This document shows, one piece after another, positions 9,277-15,879 of a DNA stretch of 32,000 nucleotides (the first letter of the stretch is position 1; each line of letters opens with the position of its first letter). This DNA is from Methanothermobacter thermautotrophicus str. Delta H (GTDB lineage: Archaea; Methanobacteriota; Methanobacteria; Methanobacteriales; Methanothermobacteraceae). The DNA is taken from positions 390,001 to 422,000 of the forward strand of contig NC_000916.1 of the NCBI RefSeq assembly GCF_000008645.1. Direction: 5' to 3'. A model generated the notes under the pieces. It did no database searches. It was not told the origin of the DNA and was given only the letters and a program-made list of their open reading frames with translations. The position numbers and the translations under genes were made by a program.

Positions 9277-10764
9277 ATGAAGGGGGTCAGGGGAAACCTC
9301 CATGTCATGGTCCACAGGGGTGATCTTCCAGATTCAGGTCAGATGATCCTGAGCTTCAATGACATAACAAAACTCAGGGAGTCCCAGAGGAAACTGAGGG
9401 ATGAAGTCCGTGTTAGAAGGGTCCTCAGTGAAATCTACCCACAAGCGGTCTCAACTGATAATCTGGGGGAATTCACAGAGTACATACTCGATGCTACATG
9501 CAAAGTTACAGGCGCGGATGGAGGAATCATAAGACTGAGAAATGTGGAGACAATCACCATCACAGAAAAGCTGGAACCCCCTGAAGAGGTTCCAGACCTT
9601 GAGGGACTCTCAGAAGATGGTAAAATGATCCGCATAACCTCCTCCTCTGCAGATATGAGCTCAGAGTTCATACTCAGGGGCACCAGCTTCAGCAAAGCGG
9701 ATCTCAGGGCTGTCAGGCACATCTCACAGTACTATATGCTGGCTGTAAAGCAGATCAGCTACAGGAGGAGGATGAATGAGCACTGGAACCACCTCAGGCT
9801 CATAAATATCATACTCAAGCTGGCTGATACAGAAGACCCTGAATTATTCCTCAGGGGAGTCCTTGATTTCATAATCAGATGCCCTGAATTCAATGGGGGA
9901 TCAGCATACCTTGACCCAGATTTAAAGGTTGAGAGGGGATTGATACCTCCAGACAGCATTCCAGATACAGAAGGTGTCCTGGTGGATGGAGAAATCATTG
10001 AGATACCCCTGAGTGTGGATGGGGCTGTAAGGGGTGTCTTAAGGCTCCAGGCAGCATACAGTGACGTTAAAGAAAAAACTGAGTTCCTGGAGGTACTTGG
10101 AGGGGAAATATCCGATGGTCTGCAGCGGATAACCATGCGAAATCAGCTCAGGGAATCCCTCCGTGAGAAGGAGGTCCTGCTGAGGGAGATACACCACCGG
10201 GTCAAGAACAACCTCCAGATAGTGGCAAGTCTGCTGTCCCTCCAGACAGCATATACAGACAACCAGGAGACCCTCAATGTCCTCAGGGATAGCCAGATGA
10301 GGGTCAGGGCCATGGCAGTTGCCCATGAGAAGATATACAGGTCAAGCAGCCTGTCCATGATAAACGTTGGAGACTACCTCAGGGCAATCGCAGAGGAGAT
10401 GACCACCCTGCAGTCCACCGGTGGGCTCCTTGTGGATCTCGATGTCCACTACGATGATATAATGGCCGAGATGGACAGGTGCATCCCCCTGGGCCTGATA
10501 ACCAATGAGATAATCTCCAATTCAATCAAACACGCCTTCACAGGGGACAGGGGCAGGATAGTGATCTCACTCAAGAGGGAGGACGATCTTGGTATCCTTG
10601 AAATATCAGATAACGGCAGGGGGCTCCCTGAGGACTTCAACATTGATGAACTGGAATCACTCGGAATGCAGCTTGTATCAAACCTTGTGATGCAGATTGG
10701 GGGTGAACTGGAATATGGAAACAGGGATGGTGCATTCTTCAGGGTCACGTTCCCACTTGAATGA
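9277..10764 (+). CDS. Sensor histidine kinase C-terminal part (GAF-like region, HisKA_2 H-box, HATPase_c)
   Basis: H-box [21 protein letters not shown]-box ITNEIISNSIKHAF and G-box ISDNGRGLPEDF. The frame is open from 9223 (directly after the TAG) to the listed ATG at 9277. Confidence 0.8.
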   Translation: MKGVRGNLHVMVHRGDLPDSGQMILSFNDITKLRESQRKLRDEVRVRRVLSEIYPQAVSTDNLGEFTEYILDATCKVTGADGGIIRLRNVETITITEKLEPPEEVPDLEGLSEDGKMIRITSSSADMSSEFILRGTSFSKADLRAVRHISQYYMLAVKQISYRRRMNEHWNHLRLINIILKLADTEDPELFLRGVLDFIIRCPEFNGGSAYLDPDLKVERGLIPPDSIPDTEGVLVDGEIIEIPLSVDGAVRGVLRLQAAYSDVKEKTEFLEVLGGEISDGLQRITMRNQLRESLREKEVLLREIHHRVKNNLQIVASLLSLQTAYTDNQETLNVLRDSQMRVRAMAVAHEKIYRSSSLSMINVGDYLRAIAEEMTTLQSTGGLLVDLDVHYDDIMAEMDRCIPLGLITNEIISNSIKHAFTGDRGRIVISLKREDDLGILEISDNGRGLPEDFNIDELESLGMQLVSNLVMQIGGELEYGNRDGAFFRVTFPLE

Positions 10765-10765
10765 A

Positions 10766-12007
10766 CTATTCCACCCTTCCAGCGCCCCTGAGCATCAGGG
10801 ACCTTTCTATCCTGGCTATGAAGTACTTCATCCTCAGGATCTTATCCGGGCTTGTGGATATACCGTCAACACCCATCTCAACAAGTCTCCTGACTAGCAT
10901 GTAGCTGGTTGCAGCGTATCCAGCGGCGTAGACATTCACACCACCCTCATGACAGGCGCCTATAACATCTTCCACCAGTCCAAGCACTGCATGGTGTGAG
11001 AGGTTAAAGAGGCCGGCCACGCGGGTGCTTCTGCGGTCAACTGCAAGGCTGCACATTGTGAGGTCACTCATGCCAAGGGATATGAAATCAGCGCCAGCGG
11101 CCAGGAGTTCATCAATCTGGAGGGCCACCGATGGTGTCTCCACTGATGCCCCGACCACTATATCCCTGTGGGGCGTGATTCCTGACTCCTCCAGGAGTTC
11201 AACTGCAGTCACGTACTCATCCACGTCCCTGAGAAATGGGAACTTAAGCTGGAGGTTCCTGTAACCAGAATCCAGGAGGTTCCCCAGGGCCTCAAATTCA
11301 GCCATCAGGATCTCAGGTTCCATCAGGTCCCTTGTTATGGCCCTCATCCCAAGGAACGGGTTCCTCTCAGAGGCTTCGAAGGAGCCCCTGAGATTTGTGA
11401 GCTCATCAACAGGGATATCGAAGGTCCTGAATATGACGGGTTTAGGGTGAAAGGCCTCAAGTATCTCCCTGAGCCCCTTCTCAAGGACTCCTGCCAGTTT
11501 TCCCTCTTTCAGGAGGAGGTGGGGGTGTTTCCCGGTCTCTATCACCATATTTTCTATCCTTACTGAGCCGACACCGTCTGCGAATTCAGCCACCTTTGGT
11601 GCCAGCCAGGGAAAGTTGAGGTTTACCATGACATCGGTGGCTGTCTCATGGAAACCGGGGGTATCCTCAGCCTTCACCCAGTCCATCACCCCGCGGTAGA
11701 TCCCCCCTGTTTTTCCATCAACAGTTACTATCATACCTTCACGGAGGACCTCAGTGGCAACCTCTGTTCCAAGGACACAGGGTATGCCAAGCTCCCGGAG
11801 GGTTATCGCGGCGTGACTTGTGAGGCCGCCGTAGTTTGCTATGACAGCGCCTGCCCTCCGGATCTCCGGTAGCATGTCCCGGGATATCTTCCTGAAAACA
11901 GCCACCTCTCCCCATTCAAGGTTCCTCGCGTCCTCGAGGTTCCTTATTATGCGGACCCTTCCACTGCTCCTGCCTGCACCCGCACCAATACCCCTCAGAA
12001 TCTGCAT
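10766..12007 (-). CDS. PEP-utilizing enzyme: swivelling phosphohistidine domain plus PEP/pyruvate-binding TIM-barrel domain, without the N-terminal ATP-grasp (PPDK_N) domain
   Basis: The mobile-domain motif GGLTSHAAITLRELGIPCV lies near the N-terminus and a C-terminal PEP-utilizer barrel follows. At 413 aa it is only the C-terminal two thirds of a PEP synthase. Confidence 0.75.
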   Translation of the reverse strand: MQILRGIGAGAGRSSGRVRIIRNLEDARNLEWGEVAVFRKISRDMLPEIRRAGAVIANYGGLTSHAAITLRELGIPCVLGTEVATEVLREGMIVTVDGKTGGIYRGVMDWVKAEDTPGFHETATDVMVNLNFPWLAPKVAEFADGVGSVRIENMVIETGKHPHLLLKEGKLAGVLEKGLREILEAFHPKPVIFRTFDIPVDELTNLRGSFEASERNPFLGMRAITRDLMEPEILMAEFEALGNLLDSGYRNLQLKFPFLRDVDEYVTAVELLEESGITPHRDIVVGASVETPSVALQIDELLAAGADFISLGMSDLTMCSLAVDRRSTRVAGLFNLSHHAVLGLVEDVIGACHEGGVNVYAAGYAATSYMLVRRLVEMGVDGISTSPDKILRMKYFIARIERSLMLRGAGRVE

Positions 12008-12242
12008 GAATATATATCTGTTTTATCACAGTAAAATAATCTTTTCAGTATGGTGAGGTTTCTTCTACTTTTTTGTTCACGTGAGCGCTGACATCTTTGC
12101 ATGGCAAAGGGTTTCCTCTGATTTTTTCAGAGTGGATTCCTGGATTGATTACTGCCTGATGAGGAATGAGGTATGACCACGTGTGCTCTGTTGACATGTA
12201 TGTTGTCTCCCTTCTGCTGCAGAAATCCCTTTCAGTATTTAA

Positions 12243-12405
12243 GTGTTTCGGTTTTTTGGTGTGTTTGTGTTGTTTTTCTGGTCTTTTTGGGTCTGTGTTT
12301 TGTTTTTTTGTTCTTTTTTGTGTTTGTTTGAGTACCTCGAGTCTTTTCTGAGTCTGTGTGTCTTTGTGGTGATTTTGTTTGTGTTTCTGGGTTTGTTGGT
12401 GGTGC
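12243..12405 (+). repeat. Low-complexity G/T-only block with T-tracts phased at about 10-11 bp
   Basis: 12251-12330 contains no A and only 4 C on the plus strand. T-runs of 4-7 nt are centred near 12254, 12265, 12275, 12286, 12299, 12306, 12316 and 12326, and further weaker runs extend to 12393. Confidence 0.8.
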
Positions 12406-12416
12406 TTGAACTTGTC

Positions 12417-12424
12417 GTATATAG
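12417..12424 (+). promoter_or_regulatory. TATA-box-like element (GTATATAG) upstream of the Csx16-like gene
   Basis: It lies 33-40 nt upstream of ATG 12457, with RBS GAGGTGA at 12446-12452. Confidence 0.35.
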
Positions 12425-12456
12425 TGAGGAGAAACAATTCTATCCGAGGTGATTTT

Positions 12457-12804
12457 ATGTGTAATGAAATGGATAATGGTAGAATATATATTATTACGAG
12501 GCACCAGAGTACTGTGCACTGGATACTGGCTAAACTGAATGGTAAGGGCCTTGACCGGGACGTCTTCGTGACTGGTCATCTTAGTAATGAGATGATGCTG
12601 AGGATGAGAAAAGGTGATATTGTTTACGGTATTCTCCCTATCCACCTGATCCGGAGGTTACTCCGTAAGGGTGTTGAGTACTTCCATGTGGTTCTCCCTC
12701 ATGTCCCGTATGAGCTTCGTGGTAAGGAGCTGACTCTGAAACAGGTTAAGGAGTTTGGTGGTCAGATCTGGAAGATTGATGATATTAAATGTTTTAAGGT
12801 TTGA
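12457..12804 (+). CDS. Csx16-like (Cas_VVA1548 family-like) small protein, orphan (no cas neighbourhood)
   Basis: 115 aa. The motif order IYIITRHQSTVHW ... KGDIVYGILPIHLIRRLL ... YFHVVLPHVPYELRGKELTLKQVKEFGGQIWKI matches my recollection of Csx16 (ITRH.GA..W, GD.V.G.LP..LAA, P.E.RG.ELS......GA.L). The ATG at 12457 follows a strong SD. The longer ORF-track start at 12379 lies in the G/T block and is unlikely to be real. Confidence 0.55.
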   Translation: MCNEMDNGRIYIITRHQSTVHWILAKLNGKGLDRDVFVTGHLSNEMMLRMRKGDIVYGILPIHLIRRLLRKGVEYFHVVLPHVPYELRGKELTLKQVKEFGGQIWKIDDIKCFKV

Positions 12805-12810
12805 TGAATA

Positions 12811-12900
12811 ATGGTTCGAATTAATGGATTACCTCTTTTTGGAGTCATCGGTGTTATGGGATTATTTATGGTTGATGAAGCTTTTGTTGATGTTTTTTGA
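12811..12900 (+). CDS. Possible 29-aa hydrophobic micro-protein (not in the ORF track)
   Basis: My translation is ATG 12811 ... TGA 12898-12900, giving MVRINGLPLFGVIGVMGLFMVDEAFVDVF. It has one TM-like segment and only a weak SD-like AAGGT about 10 nt upstream. No homology support is possible here. Confidence 0.2.
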   Translation: MVRINGLPLFGVIGVMGLFMVDEAFVDVF

Positions 12901-12966
12901 GTAGGTGGAGCTGTTAAAGATGGTAGATTTAGAAAGACAGAATAAGTTACCGGACGGGTTTATGTC

Positions 12967-13764
12967 ATGTCAGATATTGATGATGAAACGGCTGATGTAC
13001 TGGTGGAGCTAGTTAATGAGTATGAATATGAACACCTGCTTGATAAGGAATCAGTTAATGATGGATGGAAACGTTTCACTGAGGCATTCTATGATGATAA
13101 TAAGGAGATGCTGTGTGATACGGCATTTAATTATGTTATAGATGGTATGCCCGATGATGGGATTAGAGAGGTTTTTAGTAGGACCTACCTGGATAACAGG
13201 GAGTACATTATTTCATCCTTCAGGTATGATGAAGACTTTATTGCATATTTTGATGCAGATTATATGGATCTTGATCTGAGTAACGTGGATTTAGGGGATT
13301 TTGATCCTCTAATGGTCAGGTCATGGTTTATTGATATGTTGCTACCTGTTGCACTGTATATCACTGAGGTCATGGTTGATTTTTCTTATGATCTGGAGTC
13401 GTATTGTAGCGTCTACACCTTTACGGTTGAGGACGGTGAGATTGTTGATGTGGAGTTCAATGAACGGTTTATTGATGGTGAAGGTATGATGGACCTATCA
13501 GAGCACAGCCTCTTGGAGAAACTGGATGAAATAAAGAACCCCTTCGACATGAACAGGAGAATGAGAAAGATCTGCAGCACAGATGTGGGGCGGGAAGAGG
13601 CACTCAGAATGTCTTATTTCTTTGATTGTGTTGATTGTGAGGTCAAAGTGGATATCCTGAAGTACACCTTTGATTTCCTCTGCCGGCTGGCACCCGATGA
13701 GACAGCCTCATATTACATATCAAAGGCAAGAGATCACATGTTTGAGATTTACCAGATAGAATGA
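12967..13764 (+). CDS. Hypothetical hyper-acidic protein (265 aa), no recognisable domain
   Basis: ORF track. By hand count it has 65 Asp+Glu versus 23 Lys+Arg. It is the only long ORF here and shows consistent codon structure. The SD is weak. Confidence 0.6.
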   Translation: MSDIDDETADVLVELVNEYEYEHLLDKESVNDGWKRFTEAFYDDNKEMLCDTAFNYVIDGMPDDGIREVFSRTYLDNREYIISSFRYDEDFIAYFDADYMDLDLSNVDLGDFDPLMVRSWFIDMLLPVALYITEVMVDFSYDLESYCSVYTFTVEDGEIVDVEFNERFIDGEGMMDLSEHSLLEKLDEIKNPFDMNRRMRKICSTDVGREEALRMSYFFDCVDCEVKVDILKYTFDFLCRLAPDETASYYISKARDHMFEIYQIE

Positions 13765-13876
13765 TTCTCTGACGCGGAAAAAACGCAGATAGATGGATTT
13801 ATTACAGAATAAGAAGTGGTTGCCAGCATATTCAGGATCTCTAAATTAGATCATCATGATCCCGGTGAAAAGCCTC

Positions 13877-14314
13877 TCATTCAGATTTTCTGGAGGATCT
13901 GGCTTCAATGAAACTTAAAATATACTCTGAATAGAGGTCGAAGTCTTCAAGGCGGTTTGCAAGGACCTCTGCAATTATGGCAGGGTCAACATCCGTATAC
14001 ATGTGGACAAGAATGTTTCTCAGACCAGCAGCTTCAGAGAATCGCTCTGCAAATTCATGTGGAAGTATTCTGTGCTTTTCAAGGATCTCAATGATGTCTC
14101 TGTAGGTCTCGGGCTTTTCAAGATCCTCCATTGAGATAATAATCTCCCCAGTATCCAGAGCAGATTCAATGGCAAGCTGGAGGTTTCTCTCAATTGCAGA
14201 TCTCAGGAGGTAGTCCTCTGAAAGTTCTCTTTCTGATGCCCTGTGTTCTTTAAGGAACTCAACATAGGAGTTCATGATCTTTATTCTATTAGCGACCCTC
14301 TCAATATCATTCAT
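13877..14314 (-). CDS. hepT: HEPN-domain (DUF86) toxin HepT of a type VII HepT/MntA toxin-antitoxin pair
   Basis: It carries the R-x4-H HEPN motif (RNILVH). The likely start is the internal Met (MNDIERV...) at 14314, which overlaps the upstream MNT stop by 8 nt. The ORF-track start at 14410 lies inside the mntA coding sequence. Confidence 0.75.
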   Translation of the reverse strand: MNDIERVANRIKIMNSYVEFLKEHRASERELSEDYLLRSAIERNLQLAIESALDTGEIIISMEDLEKPETYRDIIEILEKHRILPHEFAERFSEAAGLRNILVHMYTDVDPAIIAEVLANRLEDFDLYSEYILSFIEARSSRKSE

Positions 14315-14720
14315 GGCTGTCGTCTCTCCTTTCAATGTACCTGGATACCCATCTCCTGTCATAGTATCTTCTATCCAGGTACCTTGAGAGTATGTAGTGT
14401 TCAAAGTCAACCTTCACGGACTTATTTTCAATTAAAGGCTTTCTAGACTTTATTATTTCATAATTAAGATTTACAGGAGCATCATTCATTATTACAAGGT
14501 CAATCCTGTCAGATTTGAGCAGAGATGTAAGTTCTGATATTAATTCAAGTTTCACCTTGGACCTTTCAACCCTATCCAGATCATCATCAAGGAGTACTCC
14601 GATGTCAATGTCACTTAGAGGTCCTCCCCTTTCAGATGCCATCGAACCGAACAGGTAAGCCATCTTAACCTGAGCCTTATCTTTAAAGTAGCGCCTCAGC
14701 ATCTCCATGACATCTTTCAT
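14307..14720 (-). CDS. mntA: Minimal nucleotidyltransferase (MNT) antitoxin MntA
   Basis: It carries the nucleotidyltransferase motif GSMASERGGPLSDIDIGVLL (G-S-x...D-x-D). The start was chosen at MKDVMEMLRRYF (14720). The GTG extension to 14768 is unsupported. Confidence 0.75.
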   Translation of the reverse strand: MKDVMEMLRRYFKDKAQVKMAYLFGSMASERGGPLSDIDIGVLLDDDLDRVERSKVKLELISELTSLLKSDRIDLVIMNDAPVNLNYEIIKSRKPLIENKSVKVDFEHYILSRYLDRRYYDRRWVSRYIERRDDSHE

Positions 14721-14903
14721 GTGATTCCATATAAGGCCGATGCCATATACAATTTTCGTCGTGAGCACTAGATGGACTCTGCACCTGCAGTAATCGGATG
14801 TTGATATGGCTGTTAATTAAATAAATGATATAGCTCTTTATTCTCTATTTAAGAAGTTTTTCGTGGAAGGAATGTAAATCTCTGTATCTGCATTCAGTTA
14901 CTG

Positions 14904-14908
14904 AAAAA
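14904..14908 (-). terminator. Oligo-T (T5 on the minus strand) just downstream of the DUF368 gene
   Basis: The minus-strand sequence CTACTTTTTCAG lies 16-20 nt after the stop at 14924. Confidence 0.3.
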
Positions 14909-14923
14909 GTAGAACTGGAGGAT

Positions 14924-15793
14924 TCAGTAGTCAATGTAGTCAAAGCGGCTCTCAAGTATCATAACGATTGCAAAGCCAGTGATGGCTATTACAGCCGATA
15001 TTATGATTGAGTAGGTATCAACCATTGATATCTTGTTGTAGGGCAGCCTGAGGGTGCCTATCATGAGCCCCACAAGGAATGACATGGTGATGGCCTCATG
15101 GTTCCTGAGGAGGTAGTCGAGGACCCTCGAGAAGCTCATTATACCTATGGCCGCACCTGCAATGAAGGTCACAATTTCAACTATGGCCAGCCTGTTAAGA
15201 ACCCCGAGCATGTACTCGTACTGGTTCAGGAGAAGGAGAAGAAAGGCTCCTGATATACCTGGCAGTATCATGGCGCATATCGCCACAAAACCTGATATGA
15301 AGATCACTGGCAGGGTATGGTTTGCCTGTATAGGGTTAAGGCCCACAAAGAGGTAGGCGAATATCAAGCCTGCTCCACCGGCTGCAAGATTCTTAACCGA
15401 AAGGCCATTGATCTTCTGGTAGACTATGTATGCCGATGCAAGTATTAGGCCTGAGAAGAAGGCGTAGGTGTATGCTACGTAGTTTGTTATGAAGAAAAGT
15501 ATGACCTTGGACAGCGTCAGCATGGCGAATGCTATACCTGTGAGGAGTGGTATGAAGAGTTCAAAGTCAACCTCATCCCTCATGGATTCCCGGGCACCTG
15601 CAAGGTCACCCCTGAGGAGTGGCTTTATGAATCCAAATTTTATGCTGCTTATCGCATGCACCAGCCTCTCATATATACCTGTTATGAGTGCTATGATCCC
15701 TCCTGAAACCCCGGGCATCACATCCGCGCTTCCCATGAAAAGTCCGCGAAGGAATATTGCCAGAAAACTCCTGAATTTTTCATAGTAATCCAT
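14924..15793 (-). CDS. DUF368-family polytopic membrane protein (family linked in bacteria to undecaprenyl-phosphate recycling)
   Basis: It carries the duplicated signatures MPGVSGGIIALITGIYERL and ILPGISGAFLLLLL. The start at 15793 (MDYYEKF) is preceded by GGAGGA. The ORF-track start at 15883 overlaps the upstream gene and has no RBS. Confidence 0.75.
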   Translation of the reverse strand: MDYYEKFRSFLAIFLRGLFMGSADVMPGVSGGIIALITGIYERLVHAISSIKFGFIKPLLRGDLAGARESMRDEVDFELFIPLLTGIAFAMLTLSKVILFFITNYVAYTYAFFSGLILASAYIVYQKINGLSVKNLAAGGAGLIFAYLFVGLNPIQANHTLPVIFISGFVAICAMILPGISGAFLLLLLNQYEYMLGVLNRLAIVEIVTFIAGAAIGIMSFSRVLDYLLRNHEAITMSFLVGLMIGTLRLPYNKISMVDTYSIIISAVIAITGFAIVMILESRFDYIDY

Positions 15794-15841
15794 CAGAATC
15801 CTCCATCCCTGGAATTGAAGAAGATATTTATGACCTTCAAG

Positions 15842-15850
15842 CATATAAAG
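15842..15850 (-). promoter_or_regulatory. TATA-box-like element (CTTTATATG on the minus strand) for the DUF368 gene
   Basis: It lies about 50-57 nt upstream of ATG 15793, in the 86-nt gap after the NERD gene. Confidence 0.35.
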
Positions 15851-15879
15851 ATGTGGTATTTTCAGTAGTCGGGCCTCAG

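Noticed and set aside
12045-12645. Four overlapping ORFs in the G/T block: 12045..12437 and 12232..12645 on the minus strand, giving K/T/Q/H-rich products, and 12166..12351 and 12243..12452 on the plus strand, giving F/L/V/C/G-rich products.
   Set aside because: They are stop-free only because the plus strand lacks A and the minus strand lacks T. The products are low-complexity translations of the composition. They overlap each other in several frames and have no RBS.
12813-12821. GGTTCGAAT, which resembles a tRNA T-loop and could hint at a tRNA gene or an att site.
   Set aside because: The flanking bases cannot form a T-stem (AATGG versus TAATG). No acceptor or anticodon arms can be built.
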